Source: Chiloscyllium plagiosum (taxonomy: Eukaryota). Taken from it: DNA of 38,456 nt. This document shows, piece after piece, positions 1 through 12,264 of the stretch. Where the stretch lies: contig NC_057718.1 in assembly GCF_004010195.1 (NCBI RefSeq), positions 92,676,540-92,714,995 on the forward strand, in the 5' to 3' direction. A program made the position numbers and the translations under genes. Below the pieces are notes generated by a model. That model made no database searches. It was not told the origin of the DNA and worked only from the letters and a program-made list of their open reading frames with translations. Within the stretch, counting starts at the first letter, position 1. Each line of letters opens with the position of its first letter.

Positions 1-1685
1 TTGGGAATCCACTTCTGGTCTTAATCGTTCTTAAAGTCTCTTGTGCCTTGTTGGCTGTGTCCCTTGTCCTTTCAGGGATAAATTAGGCGTGAGGATAAAA
101 CAGACTTCACCTGCCCTCTTTTACATCAAATAGATACAACCACACATGACAGGTTCTTTATCCAAATGTTTAATGCAAGATTGTTGAACTGATAATTGTT
201 CTTTTATATAAAAAGAAGCAAACAATAAGCCTCTGCCTGAATGCCATCTCAAGGTTTAGTGTTCATAAATGTTAGCAATAGAGTCGCCACAATGCAATCG
301 CCTGTAGTTTGTTTGAAAGGAGGTTGGAAGTGGTGGATGTGGAAGATAATTTGCCTGATCGTCCTTTACCTAAGACGTGGGACCCCACGTCTGGCGAAAC
401 CTGCAACTCATTCCTCGTTTTGCAGGCTCTGTTTATGTTGGTTGTGTGTCGCGAATACAGCTCAGAGTCATCCATCTCACGCTATCGCCTTTTGGTTATC
501 GGAGAAAGACGCCCACGGAGCAGGCAGTATCAGAAATGCCAACAGTTCCAAGGAACGGTGCATTTAGACGCCAAAGCAAGTATTATAGGCAGAACACCAA
601 ATAATGATACATCGGAAGCTGAACGTGGTTGGAGTACAGCTCCCTTGACACCTCTGCGCCGATATAAAGGTTAAGGAGCGATGCTTTCCATTTTGTCTTC
701 AGACACAAAAGCATTTGGAAGTCTAATTTGAATGTATATTAGGTCGAGTTGGGAACGCGCGTTTGCTTTACGATTTGCCCTTCCAAATCGACGAGGTATA
801 TTTACAATGAGGCATTTTTATATAAAGAAACTCCCCCCCCCCCCTCACAAATTATAATAAGCAAATGCATTCGAGATTTGTGGAGAACGTTCGTCTTTTG
901 AGGATAAGGCAATCAATTGAGAGAGGAGAGAAAAACCCATTCACCTGCAGCAGCCTTTAGGAAATTACTTCTGTTAAATGTGACAGGAAACCAAAATTTT
1001 ACATATCTCACAGAGGCTATTCCCAGAACATCGAAATGACTCAATGAGGTCCACCCCGGGTGAAAGTTTGACCGATGTGGAGTGCCCTAGGTTTTAAGAA
1101 GTTTCTTTTGCCCATTGTGAAGCTAGTTGGAGTTCAACACTATTGAGAGAACAAACGGATTGAGCTGCTCGCCCGTGGGGCCTCCCAATCAATGTCACAA
1201 GTACCTTTTTGCCTGGAATTGGTTTATTAATCATTTAAGCGAACAATTAAAATAGCGTTTAAACGCTGCCACACAGGATCTGGAATCAATGTATTATTTG
1301 ATCGTTTTCTTTTACCTGACAGAATGAGAAGAACAAAAAAATCCGCGCGCTTATTTTAAAGCAAAATAAATATTTCGAACGAATTTCTGCTCCAGACGCG
1401 TTCATTTCTAGGCTTTTGAAACCTCGTGAAGACAGACCGAGCAGCTCAGCTATAGACTCATTCTCATCTAAATGAAGGCAGTCAGAACGTTTGCAGGTCA
1501 ACAGGCAGGGGTGTTATTATTGAGCCCTCCCTTGTTCAATCGAAAGAGACAGCACTCAGTACTGCAGTCATAGCTGGTGCCTTGCGGAAAATGTAAGGTA
1601 CAGTCCCCGACGCTGAGACGCGGATGGGCGGCAACGGTTAGCCGCCGATCATGTTCAGGTCAATATGCGCGATCATAACGGCGCT

Positions 1686-1702
1686 TCTCTCTCTCTCTCT
1701 CT
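1686..1702 (+). repeat. (TC)n microsatellite
   Basis: tctctctctctctctct. Confidence 0.85.
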
Positions 1703-2525
1703 TTGGTGTTTTAATCAGATTTCAATTCCCAGGAATTTGGAAGATTCCGCCTGTTCGGAATCCATGCAGTTTTCGCATTGGAATTTGCGAAGAGAGAACA
1801 AAAAAAAAATTAACGGAGTGAAATAGGAACAACATTTCAACAATTTTGCAACCAGCTAATTCCGCCCTGTGTGCATTTAGCGATTTCAGGAGTTTATTTT
1901 ACAACCGATCGATAGTGTAATAAAATGACTTTTTTTTCTATTCTAACAGTGTGCGAGAGTATGCATTCGATCAAAAATACAACTTCAATTATTTTTTTTT
2001 AAATGTTATAATAAATAACAAGACCTAAAATTCCCCATTGAAATAAATGTCAACAGACAAACCCACATCGAGGTGAGAACAATATCAATAACGTGTAGAT
2101 TTCACATCAGTCTTTTTTTGAAAAGCGTGTTCGGTTATAAATATAAGCGAAGCCACACTTCTGGCTGTCTCTTTCCTATGTTAAACTTATAATAAACAAT
2201 ACCATCCCTCTAAAAAATGTGCTAAGTAGCAAACGATGTCACGAGAGAGCCGTGATATCCTGAGCATGGTTCAGAAAAAATGTTTCAAGATCGCGTTAGA
2301 TCCCATCGACAGTTGAGAGCCGGTGCAGGCCAGGTGCAGGCCGTCGAGTTAAAGGCGATGATCGTTAGAAACGGATTAGAGACCGACTGGATGCAGCGAT
2401 GGAACTCATAGATAAGACAACACGGCATTTCCAAATGTGCTGACCGCATTATTGATTTTTTTTTTAGCTGATTCTAACAACAATGGAGGCAAATTATTGT
2501 GAAACACTGTTTTCCGTTCATGCTA

Positions 2526-2531
2526 TTTATT
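2526..2531 (-). terminator. Candidate polyadenylation signal AATAAA for NKX2-4 (3' UTR about 750 nt)
   Basis: First AATAAA I found on the minus strand downstream of the stop, followed by a GT/T-containing stretch (cagtgtttc). No transcript evidence. Confidence 0.5.
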
Positions 2532-3273
2532 CCTTAATTTCCCCCCTTCCAGATTACACACTAATATTGTGCCGCTTTCTATATCACACCGGTTTTAAAG
2601 CACCGTTCAATTTGTCGGTCTCAAGCACATTCCTTTAAACCTAGAGTGTTTATGCTTGAAGCGTTAATGCTGATTTTTTTTTAATATATAAAAAAAGCAG
2701 TTTTACATCAGCAATCTGCTCCTTGTTTGAAATTAACCAAATTCTGAAGGGCCTATAATTCTGTCTTGAATCATTAAACTACTACATCGAACTGACTGCA
2801 CAATCCAGAGATTAATTTACAAGAATGTACAGCTAATTCGCAACAAGTTGTGAAAAGTGTTTCCGGTAGGATACTGTCGGGCCATGGGATGAATTCATAT
2901 TTCGTTCTTCATTGTTCTAACCTGGTATGTAGTCATGTTGACTCCCCGGAATGGAACAGCATTCACAATCCAATTCAACAACTTGTTAACTACAAATTAC
3001 ACAACTGTCTAAGCAAATCCAAACGGTCACAGATATCTTTTTTTTAAATTTAACCTGTATTTATCTTTTGTATCGCGGCGTCTTCCCAGTAAGTCCCCAA
3101 AGTCAGAGAGGGCTCCAAGTTAACACTATGTTGCATTGTCCTCAAATTTCACAGTAAAGAACACGTCCAAAAGAACCCGAGAGGTGCAATTCTGGGTATG
3201 TGTTGCAAAGTTTGCCAGTCCAAACCTTCTCTAATGTCTCACACATCTCCAGTCGTGCCTTGGTAAGGGAATT

Positions 3274-3938
3274 CTACCAGGTCCGGCCGTACAGCAGGCC
3301 AGGATTCACCATATTACCCGTGTAGTCTGCAGTAGCCGTGTCCATTTGAGACATGTTGGTTACCGAATTGTGGAGAGACGATGGATTTGGCGACACTTGG
3401 GCGAGATCTTGGGTCTGAGCGAGTGAATTCACTTGTTGATTCTGTTGCTGGGAGATGGTGCTGCTGGCGACTGGGAGGATCCCATTAGCGGCCTGTTGCT
3501 GCTGTGCTTGTTGGCTGGGGGTTGGGGTGCTGGAGCCGTTTTGACAGGGCTTGCCGTCTTTCACAAGCACTGGCACGGCCACCCTCCTGGGAGACTGCTG
3601 CTGTTGACACAAACTGTTCTCTTGCTGCATTTGTTGAGTAGCCTTGTCTTTGGCCTGACGTTTCATCTTGTAGCGGTGGTTTTGGAACCAGATCTTGACT
3701 TGTGTCGGGGTGAGGTGAATCATACTTGCTAAGTGTTCTCTCTCGGGAGCGGACAGGTACTTCTGCTGCTTGAAGCGTCGCTCCAGCTCGTAGACCTGGG
3801 CCTGAGAGAACAATACTCTTCTCTTCCTTCTTGGCGCTGCGTGTAAAGGTGCCATGGGCTTGGCCGAATCTGTCATTCCCGCTAAAGTCCCCATTCCGGA
3901 CATGTTCATCCCTGAAGATGTCCCCATGAATCGGGAGA
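3274..3938 (-). CDS. NKX2-4: NKX2-4 coding exon 2 (665 nt; homeodomain, NK2-SD, stop TAG)
   Basis: Acceptor atgtttgtttAG at 3940-3939; ORF 3274..3927 encodes [60 protein letters not shown]. Confidence 0.95.
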
Positions 3939-4855
3939 CTAAACAAACATTTCAAAGGGGGGAAAAAAATTCTGATTAAAAATGCTGGGAGGTAGAAATT
4001 TTACTCAGACTCATCAGTTACGTTATTAGAAAGCAGTGTTCTGTCATTCACACAATATTAATCATCCACATCCTATCTCTTTTAAATTCCCTGAACAAAA
4101 TTATACATAAATGATGTTAAGTAAACATTAATTGGTTTGATCATTCCATTCCTAAGTACTAACTGCACAAATATGTCACATTACAAACAAACTCGATTAT
4201 GCTGGCATGATAATTCTCTACGGGGCCTGACCTGCTCAGGGCGTTTGCGAAGTGAAACATTGTACAGTTGCCTTGCAAACATGCTCGGCTATCTGCTCAG
4301 GTTTCTTCTAAATAGGTCGTTTATTAGTCAGAGTAAGCGAATGAGATATTACCTCCCAATGAACATCTACATTAGGTTAATCAGACAGCTCTTTAAATGG
4401 ATCTATTTCAAAACCTCGGCCACCAAGCCCAGGCCGAAATCTGAGTGAAATGAGAGAGAACTTCTTTTTGAGGGAGTCTTACTTGTTGAATATCTGGGAT
4501 CCGGGTTCGTTCCGCCGTACCAGCCGCTCCCTGTAGCGCTGTTCCTCATGGTGTCCTGGTATGAAGGCAGTTCCCCCATGTTGCCAATGCTCCCGTTGCA
4601 GTAGCCTCCCATGGCCCCGTGTGAAAACTGGGAGACGCCGTGGGGCATATGGTAGGTGGTCGCTACCGTGGCGTTGTGTGCCATGGTGTGTTGCTGCATG
4701 CTGGACTGGGAGACCTGAGCTTGGCGGTAACCCCCCAGAGGAGGACCGAGATTGCCTGCGCCGTCCATGCCACCAAACTTCTTGTAGGTCTCCTCAATCG
4801 GGCTCAGGATGTCTGTCACTGAAAAAGGCGTTGTGTGTTTTGGGCTCAACGACAT
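3274..4855 (-). CDS. NKX2-4: Homeobox protein Nkx-2.4, spliced CDS join(4855..4483, 3938..3274), 1038 nt / 345 aa
   Basis: Two minus-strand ORFs join in phase 1 (ACA A|gtaag ... tttag|TC TCC CGA TTC ATG), giving PDPRYSTISRFMG. Contains the TN/eh1 motif TPFSVTDIL, an NK2 homeodomain with Tyr54 (WFQNHRY), the NK2-specific domain [17 protein letters not shown] and C-terminal [21 protein letters not shown] and PRYS favour NKX2-4 over NKX2-1 (MSMSPK, LEESYKKV, PRFP). Confidence 0.9.
3652..3831 (-). other. NK2-class homeobox (60 codons)
   Basis: Translation above; diagnostic Tyr54. Confidence 0.95.
3939..4482 (-). other. NKX2-4 intron (544 nt, GT-AG, phase 1)
   Basis: Donor and acceptor read directly; splicing restores the conserved ISRFMG peptide. 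Confidence 0.9.
4483..4855 (-). CDS. NKX2-4: NKX2-4 coding exon 1 (373 nt, TN/eh1 domain at ~4805-4831)
   Basis: ATG at 4855 in context aaaccATGT with an in-frame TAA two codons upstream; canonical donor GTAAG at 4482-4478. Confidence 0.92.
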
Positions 4856-4939
4856 GGTTTAGCGACAGAGCAGGTAAAACGGTTTGAGAGGATCTACCCG
4901 TGTGCTGCGCTCAGCTCTCCCTCTGTCGCTCCTCTTGTG

Positions 4940-5110
4940 AATGTCGACGTAAGAGGATGTTTTGGAGCCCGCCTGAGATCCGATTGATCGGCTTTGGAGG
5001 AGGCGAGCCCCGAATCCTCTTGTCTTTGATTTATTTTAGCCAGGCGCCTGCTTTACGACAGAGCCCTGAGGGGAGGAGCATTGGTCGAAACGAGCAAACA
5101 ATTGTGCTTG
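4940..5110 (-). promoter_or_regulatory. Putative NKX2-4 proximal promoter / 5' UTR
   Basis: Minus strand: palindromic Sox-type AACAATTGT (5097-5105), CCAAT (5084-5080), TCGTAAA Hox/Cdx-type site (5058-5052), A/T box TAAAATAAAT (~5038-5029), CRE-like TTACGTC (~4952-4946); CpG-rich. TSS is inferred. Confidence 0.5.
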
Positions 5111-8100
5111 ACATCTTTACCAGGATAATTGAGGTAAATGTAGGTAGGTCCATATTCAGATAAACGTGATGCCATGATAAAACTTGATTAAATACTTTTT
5201 GAGCGCTTCTAGACTCTAATGTAACACCTTTGATATAAATCTGATTAACACGCGTCGCGGTGTTCCACAGAGTAACGGGAAATGGCGAACTTTCACATAC
5301 AGTAATTGAGCTTTTCTCATTAACGTGGATCCAATTTTCTTGAAAACTGGGAGTTTGTTGGCTCCTATTAGTTGGTCTTTTGCCCTGCTCTGGGACTTGG
5401 AATATCTATCGCATTAGCTAAAAGTGCTATTCACTGCAGGGAACAGCATCAGGACGCACAGTTAAATAGACAGAATGCACCGCCTTCCCTGCTGTAGAAA
5501 CACCTAATCCATGCATCTCAAACCATCAGGTTGTTGCTGCTGAGGGTCACTTGCAAATCAGTTACTTGCATCGAAAGAAAGGGGTGAATATTTAGACCCT
5601 GTTGCACCTTCTCTCATCTAAGCTATGCTTCCTTTCGACAATATAATTTCGAGTGCCACGTTCATTTTAACCCTCGGCTCATTTTATAGCACATCGCTCT
5701 CTCTATGTAAGTGCGCGTTTGCAAAATGCTTAAAGGGGGGAAAAGAAGCCGAACAGGAAAAGGGGACATTTTTCAAAATTTCTGCGAGTCACCAACTGAC
5801 TAGATCGAAAATCAAGTCTTACGAAGATGCTCCCTGCTCTTGGTCTGACTGAAATAGGGAAGTAATCCAACAGTGTCTAACACTACTTACTAGATCACTC
5901 CCGCAGCAAATGCCGCACAAAATATCTTCTAAGGGATGCAACTTTCTAAGACAGGAATTCCTAAGGTGATATATATGGACTTATCTTTTTCTCTCCCTGT
6001 ACATTTAAAGTTACCCCCAGCAAATCTATAGGAAGGTTTCGGTCACAGGAATATCACTTAGGAATCAGCACAACAGGAGAATTCGGTGTGAATGTTTGAA
6101 GGACATCTTAAGAGGGATAGGGAGCGTTGGCAATTCAGAAAGGAAACGGCATACAACGTTAGGCCGAGTGCCCCGCACTGTTACCTGCCCCGAAGGCGTT
6201 ATCAACAGAGCCGCCCTTCATTTAAGGAGCCGATTGTATAAAGCAAAATATTTTAGTTGAAGCGCATCACCCACACAGCTAAAATCAGTACATTCTGCAG
6301 CAGAAATGAAGCCGGTGGATTTATCAACGCGCGTTTTCCAACGATAAGTTTTTTTTGTTTTGTTTGAGAGGTTGGAGCGGAACAAAAGCGGGCAGTTTTG
6401 AGAAATGTTTCCGATTGTTGAGTCATTATTCTGATCAATTCCAACTGTGTTAGTTCATTGGAGATTAACTCAGCCTTCCTCCTCAGTCTAACATTTGCTG
6501 GGCGGGTTCTGCATTCAAAAGAAAATGCTGGAGACATGGTTCAGCATCCGCAGTTCTTTGCTTTATTTCAGTTCCTTTCGAAAGAATAACCGGGCGAAGA
6601 TGTTACACCTGGGGCAGCATCAGCTTTGTTTTGAGACGTGTTTTAAAAGTTCTGCAGTCTCTGGGCGTCTACGTGCCGCAGTGCAGAACCGAAATTTACC
6701 AGCAAAGTGTGTAAAATAGCCGCGGCTAAACCACTTTCCTTCACTGGATACATGTTCAAAAATCCCACACGTCCCCCTCCCCTGTTGAAGAGACGCGGTC
6801 GCTTTACCAGCCTAGCTGGAGGGTGAAGTGTTTCTGTTTGCCTTGGTACTTGTTTAATGCCGATTCCCGCAGACCGCGGCTGGAGATGAGGAGGCTAGTC
6901 AGACTCAATGACTTTGCCGCCACTCGAGAGGTTAGGAAGAGGGAGGCTTTGTCAATAAATGTTACCACTAATCCTGGAACTATGCACCTCGAGTTTAATG
7001 CAAGCGGTGCCGACCAGGCGAGAGCACACGGGACTGCGCTCCAAACAGCGCCAGCTATTCCGGCCTGAGACAGAAACAGGCCTCGCTATTAGTAAGTGGA
7101 CCTTGTAGTGTAGGCACCTTCTCATGTTTCTATGGGAAGGGGTTGGGGGTGGGGGGAGAACCAGACATCTGAATGATAATCCCAACTGGCTGCTTTCAAA
7201 CAAGAGTTTGCAAACAGGACTTGGCGGTGTGTTGTCAGGATTAGTACCCGAGGGTAAGTACAGGTTGGGATAAGAGAAACTCTGTTGCTGTCAAACCCTG
7301 TGGTTTGCCTCTAACAGGTGTGTGTTCTGACAAATAGAGCATGTTTGGTTTTGTACATGGAAAGGCCGCGCATGAATCCATCTTAATGGCGTTAACCTGC
7401 CCAAGCCAAATGCTCTGTACAGGGAGCTGGCTGTTAATCGTTCAGAACAGCCCGACAGAAACAGAATAATCTTGACCACTGCCCGCAAGTTGAAATTTGT
7501 AAAAGAAGCGCGAGAATTGAGATGCTATTATACCCGAAATAACCAACAGCATGAACTTTCAGAAAAGAATTTTGGAATTTTTTTGTATATTAATTTGGGA
7601 TTGCACGGTTTGAAGTGAAAGACCCAAGCAACCAGGTGTAACGGTATCCACTGACTCCTAGCCATGGACTTGGGGAGATTTTGCATTTCGTGAACATACA
7701 ACTTTAGTGACGGACTATTGTACCGCGGGGATAGTGTCTCTACTTCTGGATCAGAAAGCGCGGGTTCAAGTCTCACTTTACTCCAGAGGAGAACATCGGG
7801 CTTAAAAATACCTGCAATTTCGCATCGGTATTTTGAGAAAAGCCAGTCAGGGTCAAATTAGGGCCCACGTTTCTGGGTATCAAAATTATCAAGAGAATGT
7901 GGGGATAGCGCGGGAAAATGGCGTGGCGGTCGATGAGCCAAGACCTCGGTGGCAGAACAAGTTGGAGGGGCTGAACGGTCTACTCTTGGTCCCATTCGCT
8001 CCCTCAAAACCAGCAATGAACATTCCTATTACAGTGGCCCAACTAGCGTAGATGAATGTTCAGGCTTACTGGAAATTAAAAACACGGCAACCACAGCCCC

Positions 8101-8550
8101 GGGTTGCCCGTAACAAATGCTGATTTTTAAATATCGGAAAGAAAAACTGTTCTCTTTCACAGTTCGCTTTTTTTCGCACCTAATTCACGTTCCGCAAGAT
8201 AAAGAGATCTCCGAGAAATTTGTTTTAACGTTTTGGGATAGGCATGTCCCAGTTGGAATATTGTGGTTTATATGTTTTTAAAGCTGCCTCAATTGGTTTG
8301 GCTCTGGGAGAAAATGGTGGTTGGTATAAATCTAAGCAAACGCACATAGTGGGTGCATTAAACTGCGCGCTTTGGACACTGTTCCAAAGGATTCTGCTGC
8401 ATTGAACGAACAAGTAGGAACCTCGGGTCAGTGCGTTGAAAACTGACCGAGCGGCCCAGTCATGAAGATCTCTCTCTGACAGTCACCCGAGGCAAGGCTG
8501 CGATAAACCCCTTTACACAATTTCCCTGCAGTGGAATCGTTTGCGTGCGA

Positions 8551-8639
8551 AATGTGGAGGTGTTCGATTGGGGTGGACAAAGTTAAAAATCACACTACAC
8601 CAGGTTATAGTCCAAACTGGTGTTGTGTGGCTTTTAACT
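8551..8639. mobile_element. Penelope-like pLTR palindrome, family A, internally deleted
   Basis: Arms agttaaaaatcacactacaccag (8581-8603) / ctggtgttgtgtggcttttaact (8617-8639) match family A copies at 10310 and 23719; ribozyme part missing. Confidence 0.75.
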
Positions 8640-10309
8640 CCGTGCTAAAATAAGTGACCTATAAAAAGAAGTGCAAGCAATGACCAATATTTAATCAGCG
8701 CTCATTGACTTCAGGCGAAAAGAAACCGCCGCAAACATGGATCTGACTGGACAGAAAACTGCTCTTGGCTGACATGGTGTAAACTTGGAACTGGGGACAA
8801 TTGTCCCGGACTATTGTTATTTTATTGACAAAGCCTTACTTTGTGTTATTTGAGACAGCGCGTGTTTTACATGTAGGCGAATTTTAACGCCATCCAAGTT
8901 AACATTGCTTAGAGCCACACTGACATTTGGCTTTCGAACCTCATTTGAAGCTTGTTTTGCTCGTCATTGTATCTGGCCGTTTTGACAGCAATTTAATGCT
9001 ACCCGGATCCGCTGGCAACAAAACCCAACAGCGATAGGTAGACATATCATTCGTAAAGATGGTGATACCAATTATAAAGGTTAAAACCTCGACTTCAAAT
9101 GCTGTGCACTTTCATATTCCGTTTTAGAGCACGGGGGTATTTCAAAATCCGCAAATAATGACCACAGATTAGCCATGGTTACAAAGGCGGAATAATTGTC
9201 CCAGTCTTTCTATCTGTAACGAGAGAGGGATGATAGGGAACAATTTCGATATTCTGTGTTTTGGCAAAGGTTTGAAGATTGTGACCATGCAGTTATGTTG
9301 GTTTTGGCGCCTCAATCTGACTTGACAGAGACCGTTCCATTCTGTCTTTTTAAAAGAAAACAAAATCAATCCTGAAGATTGCGAATCTGTGAGTACAACA
9401 AACCGTTTTAATTTTGGCACTTTTGCCAGTCCTTCATTGGCAACAATGATTCTGCAATTGAATCTTAAGACAAAATCATAAGGCCCTGTAGAATGGTTTC
9501 AGAGAAGTGTGGTTTGTCTGCTTAAGAAGCGACAACACAAAAGATTCATTAGTTCAACCAACAAGAGCTCCAGCTCGGAGCCTGATCTCAATCGCTGGCT
9601 AGTGATTTAGAATGGGAATTCTGACTGATGGCCTGTCTCCTAGTTGAGACTGTTAGGCCAATGGTTTGTCCCTCCCAGCTCATCATCATTTCCAGAAATA
9701 CTTGGAAATTATATGGCGGAATACTAGTGGCTACATGGCTTTGAGTCCATTCACACTATGATGGCATTTATCCTCCACATGAACCGTGGCCCTAATCACA
9801 GCTATCGCTTCAGTTCTCATATTCTTCCCAACCAGTCACCCAATTTACTCTTAAGTAGTGACATCGTCTCCTATTCAGTTGCCAATTCTAATAATAAATT
9901 TTGCAGCCTCAGAACCCTTTGTACAAGTAAATTTCGACTGCTCCCTGTCTTAAATTGCTTTCCCGTAATTGTTTTTACCCATGTTCTCTTGCTGTTGACC
10001 CCAGTCATCACACAGCACAATCTTTTTCTATTTATGTGGATCCTTGTCAACTTGGAAGAATAGCTTAGACGGGTGCTTGAACAAATGAGGACTAAAGGGT
10101 TACAAAAAATCAGATTCGACATGGGATGAGGGTTGTTGTTTATCTTAGTGTAAATGTAATGAATATGAATCTTAATGCATACTAATTTGGTCAAATGACT
10201 AAGTTCCACATTGCAACTTTGTAACTAGTGCAATGTAAAATCTCTTCATCATTTATTATTTTTACAAAGTAAAATCTGATCGTATTAATAAAAGCAACCC
10301 TAATTATTC

Positions 10310-10503
10310 AAGATTTGGAGGTGCTGGTGTTGGACTGGGGTGTACAAAGTTAAAAATCATATAACATCAGGTATAGTCCAACAGGTTTATTTGGAAGCAC
10401 TAGCTTTCGGAGCGTCGCTCTTTTATCAGAAGCACCACTCCAAAAGCTAGTGCCTCATATAAACCTGTTGGACTATAACCTGGCGTGGTGTGATTTTTTT
10501 TTA
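10310..10503. mobile_element. Penelope-like pLTR palindrome, family A, with degenerate hammerhead; 10-bp TSD
   Basis: Inverted arms ~10352-10412 / 10438-10498; TSD ctaattattc at 10300-10309 and 10504-10513; minus-strand CUGAUAAAA-GAGCGACGCUCC-GAAAGCUA-GUG. Confidence 0.8.
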
Positions 10504-10599
10504 CTAATTATTCGGCTCATTCTTCTGATTGTATATCTGCTTTCCAGCCAGGAGTCTGCAAAATCTGTGCTGAATCCTTTCCATTGCCTCAATATCCTG

Positions 10600-10930
10600 A
10601 ATGGTAGATAAATCTCCAGAACATCATGGTCATTTCTATCCTCATTTACTGAAATAAATGAGATGAAATTGCAGATGCCTCCATAATGGTTTCCTAAAAG
10701 GTATCTCCATTCAGAAGCTGACTCTTTGGACAGGGAACTTTCCAGTATTGTTCCATTTTTTTAAGAAGAATAAAAAAAGATAAACTTAGGAATTTGTAAC
10801 CACCAGTTTAATGTCAGTTATGTCAAAGATACTAGATTCTGTTATTGGGGTCAGTATGACAAGGCATTTGGGTGAACATGGACTGTACAGAGTGCCAACA
10901 TGGATTTGTAACAGGTAAACACACAATGGA
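10600..10930 (+). mobile_element. Decayed CR1 LINE ORF2 fragment (N-terminal RT region)
   Basis: Degenerate KSPG / EIA..L / IVP.FKK / PVSL.SV.K-type motifs, similar to the better-preserved copy at 33045. Confidence 0.5.
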
Positions 10931-11400
10931 TCTAGCTCAATTTCTGAGCTATCTTTCAATTGACTCAGTGTCAACAGCATTTTGGAAGTGAGAGCTCTAT
11001 GTTTCTATCAGCATTTGCGTGGTTAAATGCTTCCTGACATTGCAGCTCTAATTTTAAGTTTATGCTCTATTGTCATGAACTCCCAGAGTGGAGGAACAAG
11101 CTTTTCTCGATCTCCTTCATTACATGTTTTTAATCTTCTTTATACTTAATCTCCCAGTCTTCTCTATTCAAGCCAATGCAACACATGTCCAAACAAACCT
11201 GTCCTCGTAAGTTAACTCTTTTAGGCACAGTGTTAACTGTGGTGAATCTCTGCTGTACTCCTTCCAATACAAATATATCCTTCCTCATCCGTTCAGATCA
11301 ATACTGCAAGTGGCTTTCATGCTGTCTATTTCAGCTTCCATAAAATAAATTGCAATATTATATTAACATTTTTTAGCAGTTTTATTTCTCTTTGAGCACT
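10930..11400 (-). mobile_element. Decayed CR1 LINE 3' fragment
   Basis: Similarity to minus-strand CR1 3' regions at 18575 and 35360. Confidence 0.45.
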
Positions 11401-11529
11401 AGTTTTTTTTGATAGCTGTAAGTGTATCCCTTAATTTCTCTGCTTCTCTTCATTTCTTAATTTCTCACAATCTAGAAAATGGACTGAGATATTTTACCCC
11501 CTGGGAATTCTGCACTCTTCCAATTCTTG

Positions 11530-11775
11530 CCTTTTGTGCATTCTCAATTATAATTGCCCCACAATTGCTGCACAGCCTTTAGCTCTGGGGATCTCTCCAT
11601 ACATCTTGTTGCTGCCTTATCTCACTTTTCTCATGTCAGGCATTCTTAAAACCTGACACTTTGTAACCCAATTTTTTTCACCTGACCTTTTATCTTCTTG
11701 TGTGTCTCTGTGACATACTTTGTTTCATTGTGCACCCATGAAGTGCTTTGGGATATTTCAATGCTTTAAAAATGA
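11530..11775 (+). mobile_element. Old L2-type LINE 3' end
   Basis: Ends in gaagtgctttgggatatttcaatgctttaaaa, like the L2 tail at ~22420-22482. Confidence 0.45.
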
Positions 11776-11780
11776 AAAGC

Positions 11781-12264
11781 TTCAGAAAACATTTACAAGG
11801 ATGTTGCTAGGGTTGGAGGATTTGAGCTATAGGGAGAGGCTAAACAGGCTGGGGCTGTTTTCACTGGAGCCATCGGAGGCTGAGGGGTGACCTTATAGAG
11901 GTTTACAAAATTATGAGGGGCATGGATCAGGTAAATATGCAAAGCCTTTCCCTGGGGTCGGGGAGTCCAGAACTAGAGGGCATAGGTTTAGAGTGAGAGG
12001 GGAAAGATATAAAAGAGACCTACGGGGCAACGTTTTCATGCAGAAGGTGGTACATGTATGGAATGAGCTGCTAGAGGAAGTGGTGGAGGCTGGTACAATT
12101 GCAACATTTAAGAGACATTTGGATGGCTATATGAATAGGAATGGTTTGGAGGGATATGGGCCGGATGCTAGCAGTTGGGACTAGATTGGGTTGGGATATC
12201 TGTTCGGCATGGACAAGTTTGACCGAAAGGTCTGTTTCCATGCTGTACATCTCTATGACTCTAT
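11781..12264 (+). mobile_element. CR1 LINE 3' fragment, well preserved
   Basis: Encodes [38 protein letters not shown] and VWNEL; ends in (CTCTATGA) 8-mer tail. Confidence 0.9.

Larger units (their letters stand above)
1..9600. promoter_or_regulatory. CpG-retaining, transposon-poor domain around NKX2-4 (hypomethylated valley-like)
   Basis: CpG dinucleotides frequent by eye through ~9.6 kb despite moderate GC, then rare; only one short repeat insertion recognised inside. Not computed. Confidence 0.65.

Noticed and set aside
241..674. Overlapping short ORFs, or a possible last exon of the expected neighbour XRN2
   Set aside because: No recognisable protein motif and nothing resembling the XRN2 C-terminus; consistent with chance ORFs.
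4403..4482. C-terminal part of ORF 4403..4855 (SKTPSKRSS...)
   Set aside because: Read-through into the intron past a canonical GTAAG donor.
4856..4900. N-terminally extended isoform like the long NKX2-1 form
   Set aside because: In-frame TAA two codons upstream of the ATG and no convincing upstream coding exon.
3433..5163. Antisense and alternative-frame ORFs over NKX2-4 (3433-3732, 3485-3955, 4561-4887, 4900-5163)
   Set aside because: Shadows of a GC-rich coding region; no independent support. An antisense lncRNA cannot be inferred from sequence.
7022..7040. REST/RE1-like site gagcacacgggactgcgct
   Set aside because: Only about 13 of 19 matches, with mismatches in core positions.
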